A DNA stretch of 64,000 bases from Daphnia carinata (taxonomy: Eukaryota): contig NC_081334.1 of NCBI RefSeq assembly GCF_022539665.2, positions 186,001 through 250,000 on the forward strand, in the 5' to 3' direction. Below are positions 24,521 through 38,100 of the stretch, piece after piece (the first letter of the stretch is position 1; every line of letters begins with the position of its first letter). The notes below the pieces were generated by a model. It searched no databases. It was not told where the DNA came from and was given only the letters and a program-made list of their open reading frames with translations. Position numbers and translations under genes: made by a program.

Positions 24521-25510
24521 CTGTTTCACTTGTCCCTGTATATTTACTTGATCCTGTATAGGCTGTAAGGCCCCGCAATGAGTTGATGTACACTGCCAGA
24601 TTCAAGAATATATTACTTGACATGTAATGATGTGGACTCCTTTTTCCATTTTAGGCCTCATGTTTTCCTCAAGGTTTTCACGTCATATTCATTTCTTATG
24701 ACGTCTGTTAGATGTCTTTTACCATATTATGGATATATATCATTTTCTATGCACTTGGGCGTCATTTTCCATTCTTTTGGATGCCGTGATCCATAACTAC
24801 GGAAGTCTTTCTGTATTCTATTGGATGTATTTATTGATTCCTGTAGACAACATTTTCTGTTTTTTTTCGACAGCTTTAACCATCCTTTAACACATCCTTA
24901 TCTATTACTTTAGGTGTCTTTAACTATCTTGGAGAAGACTTAAAGACAACTATAAGGTATTTTTGGGAGTTTGCCTTTGTAAAACAACATCGTCATGAAC
25001 GTCTTTCGTGCATCAAAGTGAAAACTTTAATTTGTCCACAGATTGTCTTGAAAGTTATCTTAAACATACTACTAGTCCCGGACATTAGGACGAATGGAAG
25101 GGGTCTTAAATATTACCTAAAGAGCTCCTCGGGATCTCCTCACTCGGGACGACCGGACATCCTCGGGATGTTTTAACGACAGCCCGGTGCTATGCGGGTA
25201 GTTTTGGTGCTTTTAATATTCTGTATTGTTCAAATAATTGAGCTAGCAGGTTCATTATTTGAGCTAAAAAAACAATTATTAAGACAGCCAAAGTATTATT
25301 GGCACCTTCAGCGGAAGCCAATCAATCAGCTGAAGTCATGTATGAAATCTACTGCGGAATGTTAGCCAGTTTGGTGGTACCAACAGGTAGAAAAGATAAT
25401 TCATTCACGTTTTAAAAATATATTCAACTTAAGTATTTTAGTTTACGAATTCGAATTGATGTGTATTTTTTTTTGTTGCTTTTTTTTCGTTTCGCCCGTA
25501 TGTATTGTAG

Positions 25511-26296
25511 ACTACCAAAATCCCGAGCGAAACTGGCGAGTCCGGCGCTATGGTCGGAGAGGGTCACGAATTTGACTCTTGCATCCAATTGTTCAGCGGC
25601 TTCATGCAGGCCCAATTGGAAGCTATCTTAGAGGGAGTCATCATCCGACTTTCTGGTCATATGGACGACAACGAATACATGTCGTTCGGGATAAGCGACG
25701 CAGAAGGCCATACGAAAATGATTGGCGCCGATGTTGCCGTCGCCTATTTCAATAGCAAGGACAACAAGTTCTACGTCGAAGATTACATTTGAATACTAAA
25801 CCACAGGTGTGTTAATCATATATCATTCATCAACCTTATCCTGTTTTATTTTTTCTAATATTCGTTTGTGATGGAAGTGCGATGGAACTAACTGCATGTG
25901 CCCCGAAAGCCGGTAGGAGGACGCAATGATGTTAGCATGCTTTACATCCAGAGGACAAACGGCGTCGCTACCGTTGCTTATCAGCGTTCGTTGGGCGCTC
26001 AGCAAGAAAAATTGGATCAAGTAATATTGACTATCGGTCGGGTAAATGTTATTGTCGCTATAGGGCCTCTCTATTCACGTTTTTATTGCAGGTCAACCAA
26101 CTTGGAGTATCGCTTGGTACATTAATGATCTCCTAATTCCCGGAATCCATGTCGAAAAAAGGGTGAAACGTACACGTTCCTAGTTGAAGGAGGTATGAAA
26201 CTACTGTTATGATGGCAATCGAATGATAACTATTAAACTAACTGTGCGATGTAGGTAATGACCCAACAAATTCGGCCCGCTGGCATCCGCTCTACA
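25511..26296 (+). pseudogene. Skeletor-like DOMON-domain gene fragment
   Basis: IRLSGHMDDNEYMSFGIS..MIGADVAVAY..FYVEDY, GGRNDV..NGVATVAYQRSL and GETYTFLVEGG|NDPTNSARWHPLY, with short introns. Stops and frameshifts. Confidence 0.75.
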
Positions 26297-26428
26297 TGCT
26301 GGTTGGTACCACCAAACTGGCTAACATTTCGCATGGGCAAGTGTGCATGTTTTTGTTGTTCCCATACTAAAAGTATTGCGGTTCTCCGTTGTTGTCATCC
26401 GACGATGAAAAGTCGACACCGTTGAATT

Positions 26429-29400
26429 ACCATAACCCTGTTGTTGTTGGGTGGTACCAGACTGAGCTCCATAGTTTTGTCCAGCTCCGGCGTCTGCTGA
26501 TACCTGAGAGCCATAGCCTTGTTGCTGTTGGGCAGCTCCATTTTGAGCACCATAACCCTGTCCATCTCCAGCGCTAGCAGATACTTGAGCACCATAATCT
26601 TGTTGCTGTTGAGCCGCGCCGGACTGAGCTCCGTATGCCTGTTTCTGCTGTTGCTGCCCAGCATGGCCACCATAACCCTGTCCCTCTAGCCACGGCAACC
26701 AAAGCAGCAAAAATAATGTACTGTTTGAAAAAAAAAAAAAACCAAAACAATTATGTATCTTAGTTGAATATTAAAAAACAAACGAGTAAAATACAGTGGA
26801 AGACTAAATTGAAAGTGATGTTACAATACAAGGCAGCTTTTCTGCACGTAGCTCAGTAAAACTTATCCTACCTTGTTCATCTTGTTGAGGAAAGCAAATG
26901 ATATTTTCATCCGTTGCGAGCACTTCTTCATATACCCCCTCTCGCCCATTCGCTTGTAGGGGAGACCGGACCCATCTTGGACACTGTACCAAGTTGTACA
27001 GTGCCGTGTAAAATAAAGTTATCAAAATAAAAATATAATAATTACATGATATGTTCAAAATAGGTTTTTATGCATGGTGTAAAAATTTGATTCCCGTATC
27101 TGTATTATTTATTGAATATTTTAACAAAAATAAAAATATAAAAAAGTCTGTATTTTTCTTCGTTCTTAATCGATGATTTTTTAAAGTGTAATTCTATAGT
27201 TATACGTTAATAGATATTAGAGGTAAGTAGACCATAGTTTTCTTAATAATATTTCAAAAGAAAAATAATTTTCCTTATTCAACTTTCAACAGCATCATTT
27301 ATTCTGCGAAAGTTGTTTTTTGGGGCCAATTTGTACAAACGGCAGGGGTGATGTTGGACACCAAATAGGCGTGCATGGGATGGGCCAAGTCTAAGCGCGA
27401 AAATTTAAAATTTTGAAATTTAAGGAAACATTTAGAATATAACATGACTAAGACAAATCAGAGAAAAAAACTTGAAAAATTTCTGTTACCAAATTATCGA
27501 TTCTGTCTTGGCTCCACCTCCTCCTATGTCTTCCTTATCAGTAAAATGAAATTTTTCAGGTATAATAATAAAGTATTTTATTTCACGTCACATCCTATTA
27601 AAATTACATTTAAATTGTTCGCTAATTTAGTAGTTAATAGTATGAAAAAAATTAAAATTTTCATCCAACACAATCTACCTCTTTTGACCACGTCCAAAGT
27701 GGTACAGGTGTCCGTACAAAGTCACCCCGATTTCGTCGAAACTCACCGCAAAATAAAAACGGTAATAAATTCTAAACAAATTATATTACATCTCTGAAAA
27801 AAATTAAGGGGGTAGCGGATACGTTGTAGATTCAGTTTTAACAAATTTTATTTATTTCGCGTAAGTAGGGTGGTACATAATGGGGTAAAACCAAACCTGT
27901 CCAACATGGGTCCGGTCTCCCCTACACTACTTCAAATTTCAACTGGGCGGCAGTTACTTTCGCAAACGAAGCTTGCGTACACACAGGCATGAAAGCAATC
28001 AAATTTTCTTGTTTTTTTCTCATGCCATCTCGTTCAAAACACATTGGGCACCTGACGACCATGTGTGGCGCACAGCATATTGGGGGGGGGGGGCACAAAT
28101 CGGGAGGATGTTGGTACCCTCTTCTTTCATCCTCCCGTTCCATATCGCCCTTTCACTTTCATCAAAACAAGGCTTCCATATATGACCTAGTATTACGGTC
28201 AATTTGCGGCAAAACGCATGGAGATCGGAAATCTACCGTGCAACAAAAGGAGTGGTGTAGATGTTCGTTGTACAGGTAAATTGCATCGGTCATTTAGCGT
28301 TCTTTTTTTGCAAATCTCATACGTTGCGGAGAGAAAGTCAGTGATTTCAGCAAATTGGGTTCTTCATGACACCAAAGAATCTGCTCACGTATTAACCTCA
28401 TTTCAAATGGTTCCAACCTTTTCGCGAGAAGCTTTGCATCGAGAGTACTGATCAATCTCTCAGGCATCATTTCCATTCTTAAGGGTACCATCTTTAAATG
28501 GCCAAGACCTCTTTGTGCGTGAGAAAAGGTAAAAACGAGTGATGCATGCTCTCGTTAAAAATTGAAGTTATCGTGGGTTAACCGAGCAACAATGAATTTG
28601 TTTTCTGAAATATGCATTCTACTTTGTTTTCCTACCTCTGAGGTAATATTGGGTGCTTTATCTAACTTGATTCTAGACCTTTCATGAACGATATTTAGTA
28701 AGAAATACACCGAAATTGGAAGATGGACGTTGTTCACAATTTACCTTGAAGATAAAGATTTTTTATTCGATTATTGACTGTGTAAATAATTATTTGAAAC
28801 GAATGCTATGAAAGCTTTCGCGGAGGCATTCGAAAACCCAATTTTGAATGATTCATGCAAAGTCATAACTACAATTAAACATAAAAATGAATAAACATTA
28901 TTATCTTTTTCCTAAAATGTATTAGATTTATTTGAATCTCATCGCAAGCCAAACGGAAATAGTTATCATTATTTCAATACAAAAATCAATAATTTTTATA
29001 AGTTTGAATATGAAACATTCGGTTTATTGTTGGAAATCGGCTTGGCATTGCCATAGTTGCTGCCTCTATTCCCAAAGAATTGCTATTTCCGTAATTGCCG
29101 TTGCCGGTGGATGGTGCGGGATACTGGGCCTCACCTTCTTACTTGACATCAGTGACGTAACCGTTTTCATCAGCCCGGTAAAAAACAATTTGAGTGTGGC
29201 TATCGGGAAATGCAACGCGGTAGCATCCAGTCACAACTTCCGTTTCCGTTGCCGTTGCCGTTGCTGTTGTAAATATTCGTTGGCTTATGCCAAGTGCTGG
29301 ATCAGTCTTACCCTTGCTGCTTCTGGGCACCTTCGTTTTGTGAACCGTAATTTTGTCCAGCTGCGGCTTGGGCACTATAGCCTTGTTGCTGTTGGGCAGC

Positions 29401-29547
29401 TCCATTCTGAGCGTCATAACCGTGTCCAGCTCCGGCGCTAGCAGAGGTTTGAGCACCGTAACCCTGTTGTTGTTGGGCTGCTCCAGACTGAGCTCTGTAG
29501 TTTTGTCCAGCTCCAGCGCCTGCCGAGACCTGGTTTATATTTTTTAG
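26429..29547 (-). repeat. Right (inverted) arm of the cuticle-gene duplication, with two cuticle pseudogene fragments (26429-26710, ~29000-29530)
   Basis: Reverse complement of 12493-14739. Contains GYGAQ repeats and VVTGCYRVAFPDSHTQIVFYRADENGY. Confidence 0.9.
26959..27922. mobile_element. Non-autonomous DNA transposon with 25-bp TIRs and TA flanks (Tc1/mariner-pogo-like)
   Basis: GGGGAGACCGGACCCAT(C/G)TTGGACA TIRs (24/25), TA on both sides and an AT-rich interior. It is absent from the paralogous arm. Confidence 0.85.
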
Positions 29548-31435
29548 CTTTCAAAGTGTATACCCTTAAAAGTTACACCCTTCTATTGCACAAATTAACG
29601 TGTTTATAAATATTTATTGAGCTTTAGAGAATAAATATATGTTCCCCTATTTTAAGATTAATGTAAATAATATAGTTCATTTATTTGTTTTATCGATTTT
29701 TAGTTAATTGCTCATTTGAAAGCAACAAAATGGTTGAAAAGCAGCACTATTGATCAGTACTGAGGTTTCAGCTGATAACTACCTGTATAAAGGGGATGCC
29801 TATACACAAAGCAATTGGGGTGGGTGGAGTGGTGGTGCCATCCAGGCCTGCGCAGGTGTCACTGCATGATATAGTATCAGGTGATTGTCTACGGACATGC
29901 TGCTAGTATGCGAGCAACCTTCTGTAAAGATCCACTTTTACCCCTGTGGATTCTACATGTGATTCCTCCTCAACATACAGTTATTTGTTAAGAGTTCCTA
30001 TTTTTCTACAGCAGAAAGATATAAAATATTTTAACTAGCATACCTTACGTGATAGAAATTGTTGTGTCAGAAAACGATAAAACCAGATTCTGGGGGGAAT
30101 GGAAATATCTGAACATAGGCTATTTACTGCTAGCATGTTCGATGCTGACACCATTCTGACGGCGGCTCCAGAAATCTCCAATTTTGTCCGCAAGTAGTCT
30201 CTGCAAATCTATCCACGAATTTTGTTTTTAAAGTATAGCTCACGAAACTTGATTTGCAAAGGATGATTCCTGTAGAGGAATGCCACCAAAGATCCAAATC
30301 CTATCGGTAGAATCCCATAATATCATTCTGCTACTGTTTATCCATTGATGGTGTCCGGCCACTTGTAATCTGACTAGTTCACTATATTTGTCGATGTTGT
30401 GTTGCCTATTATCACCATCATTTCAGCAGTCTATGATTATTGATTATTTTGGAAAAAAAAACATCGGAAAATTTGGGATGCAATTTCCACGTGGACTCCT
30501 GTAGTTTTTGCTCCGAATTAGGGTATGGCTTGTTGTGGTCGTATAGCTTTCAGCAAAGTCGCTAATGTAACCTTTCTTGGTAAAATTCTTATTGTTTGTG
30601 CCATCAATGCCAGATGGCTACCTATGTTAGTCACCTTGCTTGCCTCTAGCATGTCACCGGTTTTCCGGCAGTTGCTTTTTTGTCGTGGATCAACGTTGTA
30701 AGTTATTTATCTGTTGCCTGGTGGTGCTGTGATATAGCTTTTATGAAGTGTAAAGGACAATTAGGTATTTAAAATGAAAGCCTATGTGCCCCTTGCCTGC
30801 TTTATTTAGTTAAGGAATCAGAATAGTGATTTATTTATCTAGAAATGACCGCAACACAAAAATTGGTTTTCTGGCAATGTGTAAGACATGATGGTAGCAG
30901 TTTGAAAACAATTTATTTCTTGTCAATTCACAGATTTTTTATTCCTAAGCTAAGAAAAACAAAAACAAGCTGAATTTGTGTAAGAAATAATATTTTGGCA
31001 CGTTATGAAGGCTATAGATCTATTGCCTATTAATATGCTGCAAGTTAAACATTCTAAATTGCATAAACACAACTAAACGTTACCATTTCATTTTGTTTGT
31101 GAAGACCGTGTGTTAAATTGAATTTTCATTTCCCATTGAAAATTCATTTTTCATTTCCCTGCTAAAATCTAGTCTTTTTCGTACGCAGTGTAACAAATAC
31201 ATCTGCGGCAAAAGCTAAAGCATTTACGGTTGACATAAACCTCAAGCGACGCATTGATAAATGTTTCAGTTCTGTTAGAAGTCATAGATACCAGACTACT
31301 TTTGGGGCTATCCTCTATACGGTTTTGCACTTGCATCATATGTAAAATTTTACATTCGGCTTCATGTTAAGTCTTCATTTCCTTGTCTCTGCTTGTCCCT
31401 TATTTGCAGTTTATTTATTATACATGTTTAATTAG

Positions 31436-32700
31436 GGATCTGTGCCCTTGTGAGGGTGTCGTGCCTTCCAACACTTCCTGAAACTCTCAAAGTAATTTTT
31501 TTTTCATTACACTCCATAAATTGTTGTTTGCTGCAATCAATCAGCATTTTAACAATTTTAGGATATCCTGTCCAATCCTAAAATCTTGAAAGTGGGAGTT
31601 GTCCCCTGGGAAGATGCATCTAAATTGAAAAAAAGATTTTGGGATACAGTTTTGTGGAGGATTCGACGTGCACCATTTGATTTTAAGACATCCAAAGAGG
31701 GTGTCGCTGTCAACCAAATCTGGTCTTTCAGGTGACTATCCCCCACATTGTTCCATGGGTTTTAAAACCAAAAACTTTAATTGAAAAAATCAGGCTTATC
31801 GAAACAGCTATTAGACAAACCGTTGAGCAAACATTATTCAGTAAGATGTAGTGATTGGGAAGCCGAAAATCTATCCGAAGTGCAAGTAAAATACATAGCG
31901 CAAGAGACCTTAGCTTCAGTGGCCATTTGTTTGAAGCTAACAGCCGAAAGAAAACTGTCTAATCTGAGCTACAGATTTTGGGCAATAAACAACATGTATG
32001 AATTGTATACATTATGGACTGTCACGTGTGCGGTACCGGATACAAAACTTCGAATGCCATCGAACCATAAATTTATGGGGATCAGTAACTCCAAAGTGAA
32101 GAAATTTACTGCAATGAAGCCAAATAAGTATTATTTTTACAAAATTTAAATAGTGGTTTAAAGTACAGCATAAATGACGAATTTAAAACAGTTCCAGAGC
32201 CGATGCAGCTAGAAAGACCGCTACGACCGCTCTCTGCGATAATTGCATTTTACAAGCCCCTGACGGGCAACAGCTTTGCACTTGTGACTACAAGAAAGCA
32301 ATGTGGTAAAACGAAAAACATTCATAGTGCGTTAAAAATGTAAACAAAATGTTTCAATAATTATACACTGCTTGTAGGTACTTTGCAAAAGGTCGAGGTG
32401 AAGTGGTTTGCGAGAACCCAATGACAGTTCGTTTGAATTTTGAACCGTATGGACGACAATCGTCAGAATACGATCGATATTATCTTACGAACAAAGTTAA
32501 CAAGTGTGTTGCGTGTGGTCAATCGGAATTGTTTCTTAGGAAAAATATCGTTCCTCATGAATATCGAAAACATTTTCCCAACCACTTGAAGCTATTGAAT
32601 TATTTCACATCAAACGTTTTTTTTTCTGTTTATGAATTCCTTTTTCAGTAGGGCCATGAAAGTCCCGATATGTTGTTGCTTTGCATCGAGTGCTACACGG
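31436..32700 (+). pseudogene. EXD2: Exonuclease 3'-5' domain-containing protein 2 fragment
   Basis: DILSNPKILKVGV, VRCSDWEAENLSEVQVKY, NCILQAPDGQQLCTCD.KKA.WY, VRLNFEP, NKCVACG..RKNIVPHEYRKHFP and DMLLLCIEC, with introns. Truncated; catalytic YAAxD degenerate. Confidence 0.85.
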
Positions 32701-33637
32701 TTTGCTACAGCCATGGATATAAAATTAAATTTACTTGCCTACAAGTTCCCAGTTAGATTTTACGTAATTTTTCAAGTTCCTGTAGCTACCAACTACAAAT
32801 TTTGTGTTCTCAAGATTTCGTGCTGGCTTTAATAATATAAGCAGGTACTGAGTGTTTGCAAAGCGTGCTTGTTATTAAAACAGTGTTTCAACTTGTGTTG
32901 GAAGTTATTTTCATCAAATAGTAAAAAAAAAAAAAAAGTTATGAAAATGGAAACTCAAGTCGCATTCTGTTCCTTTGCCTGTGTTCATTGGGAACTTTTC
33001 GTCTTCGGTAACGTTGTCTCGTAAACGGGTCGAATGATTTTTTGCGTCACTGAAAACAACGTAGATATACATTTGCACACATCTGGCGCTTTTAATTTAC
33101 TTCAATGCGTCATGGAGAAAACATGACTTGAAATTGCATACTGCGTCATTCCATGATTTTGCTACGTTCTAGGACCTCATTTAGGTAAATGGGATTTTTT
33201 TGTTTAGTGAACTTAAAAAATACATTGCAAGAGAAAATTTGATGCTGCCCGGAACACGTAACCTTTTATTTATCCAGCCATTCCTCTTTCGACATTTGCA
33301 TTGAAAATGTTACTGTTCATTGATATATTATACATTTTTCCTATTGGTTTTTAAATTTGTTTTTTTTTTCAACATAATAGTAAATCATTTTCACGCAAAC
33401 TCCGTACCAAGAAGCTGAAAAATATAAACAGGGTAGCAACATGAACTGATTTGTAGCAGTTTATTTTGATTTGCAAAATTTTGAAATAAGATATAGGGAG
33501 TCAATACATTCCTTTATTTAGACTATGGAAATATACTTGAAAATATTTTTCTCACATTGCATTTTGTCAATTATTTTTTAAAATATGGGTCACAGTAAAT
33601 CACTTGTTAGCTGGTGCTCGCTGGTTGCCCCCATTTA

Positions 33638-34399
33638 TTAGCATGCGCCGTTGCGAGCAACAGTTACAGACGACTTGATCGTTCCACATTTAGTGATTTC
33701 GTTTTGGAAACAAGCCATGTTAGAGTAAGTATTGCCATCAGTCCCGCAAACTGGGGCATAATTCTGGGCACAAGCACATATTTTTTCTGACGGCTTGTTC
33801 ACTTGCTTGCATTCTCCATCGTAGGCCTTCTTAATCGTTGAATCGAGAACAGTCCCGCATTTGGTAATTTCAACTTCCATGCAGTTCTCATTGTCGTAGG
33901 TTTTCCCGTCCGTTCCGCAAACAGGGGCGTGCAAAAATGTACACCCGCATTCAGCAGCTCCTCTTCTTCCTCTTTCCTTCGCCTGTTTGCATTCACCGTC
34001 ATAAGCTATGCCAAGGTCAACGGCAGTATTTTGTTTTGTTTGGCAATGGAGGGCACACGCATTACTGTAAGTATTCCCGTCCGTACCGCACACTGGATCA
34101 TACTGTGCCGTGCAGAAGCATCCGTCTCGCTGATCAATCGAAGCTGCATAGTTATAACATTATGAGTTTTATTAATGGAATTTTTATTTTCCTGAATAAA
34201 TCGTACCTCCGAAAACACTAGGCTGATTGCTGGTTAGAACGATGAAGGCGATCAAGACCAAAGCCGGGCTGAAAATGTTCTATGAGCAAAAATACAATAC
34301 TGCGTGTATTATAGTTAGAAATAAAAATTCGTTTGCGATGTTTTGGTACTTGAGAGTTTGCGCACAAAGAGTATGTACCAGTGGGACGACTTGACGCAT
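33638..34399 (-). CDS. Secreted three-domain Kazal-type serine protease inhibitor (199 aa predicted)
   Basis: Exons 34399-34379, 34279-34207 and 34143-33638 with GT-AG introns give an open 600-nt frame: a hydrophobic signal peptide and three C-x-C-x5-PVCGTDG-TY-N-C domains. Confidence 0.9.
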
Positions 34400-34481
34400 T
34401 TTCAAGTTTTAAAGTTGAAATAACAGGAGTGGCAAGGAAGACAGGAATTTACAATCTGAAAAGGCCATGTGGCAACAGATA

Positions 34482-34493
34482 CCTTTATATATA
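34482..34493 (-). promoter_or_regulatory. TATA box of the Kazal gene
   Basis: TATATAAAGG on the minus strand, ~85 nt upstream of the ATG. Confidence 0.6.
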
Positions 34494-35019
34494 GCCGTCC
34501 CAAAATGGCGATGCCATGGCGTTCGTGCTCGTTGAATAACAAACGCCCAGCGCCCCAAGGAAAAGTTTCCAACAAACCCAAGAATGGAAAATCCACGTTT
34601 TATTATTGTAATCACCCGAAAATGAATACAGTTTCTGTTACTTATTTTCAGCATTGGCAATTCGGGGAAACAATGTGAGATGGGCCCCATTGCCCAACTT
34701 TTCGTTCACGAACTAGTTGTAACGTCCACTGCCAACGAGGGGTGGTGCGTAGTGAATCTCAACATTATGCATTACTCAGGCTGGTCGCGAGGCAATATGT
34801 ACTACTTAGTACATAATCGCGCCTACAGTTTTCTATATGGAGAAAGTGTGTGTTGTCGCCACTAGGGCTTTGATTGGTTGCTTTAGTGGTTAAACCGCTC
34901 AAGTAAAACCAGTTAAACAATAATGCGTGTAGCGCATGTCATTTAAATTTTTTTGAAGCGAATAATATGAATTCGGTTGATGTAAATTTTTCCAATGAGG
35001 TAATATGTATAACATAAAT

Positions 35020-35145
35020 ACTAATATATGTGTTACAATTATATATAGATATTTATATATATTACTATTATATATATACGATACTATTATATATATACAA
35101 TACTGTAATATATACTGTATTATATATATGTTGTACTTATATAAT
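35020..35145. repeat. (AT)n-rich low-complexity tract
   Basis: Interrupted TATATA runs. Confidence 0.7.
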
Positions 35146-38100
35146 GAATATGTACAATTGGTGTGATAATTGAAATAAAAGAATATAAGAAAAACAATTT
35201 TTTAATTATTTGTCAGCTAAATTAATTACAATAATTAGTTCATTAATTACAGTAAATAGCCCTTGGTAAGGGCTATCTATTTCTGGGTAATTGTTATCAA
35301 CATTTTCAAAGGGAAAAAATCTCAAAGGCAAAATGTGTTTTTGTTGTTTTTCGATCTAAGATTCTAATGGACGCAACTGATGAAAACAAAAAAATAGATG
35401 TTACGCTTAAACTTTTTCCTTTTCTGAAAATTTAACACAAATTTCATAGAATTAGATAGCTCTTGATAAGAGCTATCGATTGATGCAAAATTTGTCAATT
35501 TTGACTGTTTATTTTCCTCATAAATAATTATTAAAGGATTTCATGATTTTAGAAAGGGGAGGGGGTGTGTGAAAAAGACGAAATTTTGCATTAATTGTTT
35601 GATGCTTAATCTTCGTCAAAACAGGAAATCATTGTAATATTTTTGTTGCTGGTGATTCCAGGAACAAGTTGTTATAAACGATTACTTTTAAGATGCTACA
35701 TTTTAACCTCAAAAATTGCGTTTGAAGAATGGTTTTTGATAAACCATTATGGCGGCCATTTTTTTACCGAACCAAGTTAAAATTTTAAAGTGTAAACAAG
35801 TGTAAAAAATTGTAATTATAAGTACATATTTACATTTCATTTGTGTCTAGAGAATTTCAATATCCGTCTTTGACAGAAAATCTTAAAAATTAATTAAGAT
35901 AAGCTAAACAAATTTATTTCATGGGTTCTCATTTAATTTACAATTTTAGGAGTCTTTTTCCAAATTTTCGCGTGGAAAACTACGTTTTATCGCGACTTGC
36001 GCATGGAAAAACTCCAAGCAGACAATATTCCAAAAAAACAATTGACTAACGCCCTGCGCTTCTATCATTTAGCCCATAAGAAAAAGTGCATCTGCAACTA
36101 TGTACAGTATATTGCAGAAAAATGTGGCGGTCTTCCCTATCCTTTGTTTGCCAAACCTGACACATTTCACTGCAACCTCCTGTACTACTTAGTACATATG
36201 TAGTGAGACCATGTTGGTATTACTACTACTTAAAAGGGAAGCCTTCAACGTAAACTTGTGCACAACAAAATGCATTTTTCAGTGATACAGCCTGGTGATT
36301 ACTTTTAAACGTGGTGCGCCGATGAACAAGAACAGAATTATGAATTATGCTGTACGAAATACTGTATATACACAATGTATATTTTTAATAGAGTGGCCAG
36401 GGAGTGGAGACAAACTAGACACTCCTTTGGCATCGGTTGGTTGCAGTTGGATCTTCGTCGTCTCTATTGAATCCCCAAATAACATTTTGTCTGATCCGAC
36501 TTCGTTTTTTCCTAAAACCTGGGATCGCATGACAATGAAAACTGGTTTTGGAGGTCGATGCGTACTCCGAGATTTCAACGTTTCAGACACTAAATTCAGC
36601 CCAAGGCTATAACTCTTATGCCAACATGATAAAAGTGAAAAACATCTACATATGCAAAACCGAATGAAGGTACATCGCCTCGTGTTATCTTCTAAGTTGG
36701 GCGCAGTGTGAAAAAAGTCGGACGAACGTTTACGCCTTCCAGACGCGCTATGATCGATTAACGTCCAAAAGCCCGCAGATTTTCCAAAGTAAACAAACCA
36801 CACAGTGTGTCTAGCGTGGAAGAAGGCGAATGGAAACTTTAAAAATGAATGCACGTTTGCTACGCATTACGGAAAGTTAGTAACATGCTGCTCATGTTTC
36901 AAAATAAGAATTGCCGTTTATTTTGTTTACGACACCATTTCTCCGCCAAGATTTTACGAGAAAATTGAGCAAATTTATTGAAGTCCATATAGGATGATTA
37001 GTTGTGGAGATGGCATCTGTATTTGTGTAGGTATCATTCAAGAAGTTCCAATGATATACCCATATTGTCTTAATTCTTCCTGGTCTATGAAAACAAACGT
37101 TTATATGAACAGTTTTTGACAACTTGCCAAAAGGCCCTTGGGCGTTGAATGCAAGCAGCTTGCGATAGTTGAGTGACGCCAAGAGTGAATACGAAATGAC
37201 GTCTTGAACAAAAGAAACAGACCTCTTTCACATTTAACCCGCTATGTATTTGCCTCGCATAGTAACAAGAATATCGGAATTTCATTAAATTAGAAACTTA
37301 ATCTTCTTTCGAGTAGACTACACGCCCCAGAGTGCTTGTCTTCGTTTTAAAGCACTTCTTTTGGTGTCTTTTTTTTATGCCAAAGGAACAGGTTCCGAAT
37401 ATCTTTTACGGTCATGTTTCTTTTTCGCCGCGTTTCGTAATTAGAGTTACGTGAAGCCAAAGCGTAGTACAGCATCGTTGCATTTCATCCAGTTTCGTTT
37501 AGCTTACTTGGAGATATAACACCCTTTTTTTAAATTTACGTTTCTTCAATTAGAAGACCAAAAGATTTAAACATTTACGTTGCCATTTACGGCAGAGAAA
37601 AAAAAATCCTGTGATCTTCAAGTTTCGACTGCTGTTTTGTATTCGCCGCCGTTAACCTTCGTAACAGATGATTGCGTTTCCGCACAAACCCTTTGTCTTG
37701 AGATCCAACATGCATTCGTTAGACTACGTTTTCCCGTCTGTTCCTCAAACTGGCTGAAAGCGTTTGTTGCAGTTACAGATAGGGTATTGATTCCGTGACA
37801 CTGGTATAACAAAATAATGAGATGTTATCAGATATTTATTTTTAAAATCATATAATGGAGAAAAATAAAAACAATAAAAATAATGTAATAGAGAACACCT
37901 ACTTCCTTGAACGTCTGACTGGTTGCCCAGAAGCGTAAACGAAATAAGGACGATGAAAAATACAGTTGTACTTAAGTGTTTCTATATTTTTTTAAATCCC
38001 ACTTTCAAATTCAGCAGAATCCCAGTTTATTAAACTTCTACGTGAAAACATTTTCACACTTCAGAGTAAAAATAAACCATTTTTATTAAACGGTGGCTTA

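Larger units (their letters stand above)
17190..25198. mobile_element. CACTA/EnSpm (CMC, CCC-terminated) DNA transposon remnant; left TIR not found
   Basis: Right terminus GTGCTATGCGGG (25187-25198), GACGTC/GGACATCC-type subterminal repeats at ~17210-17525 and ~24700-25170, and divergent transposase and ORF2 remnants. Confidence 0.65.

Noticed and set aside
29700..30730. Exon-like GC-richer blocks on the minus strand
   Set aside because: The frames are broken and no family is recognisable.
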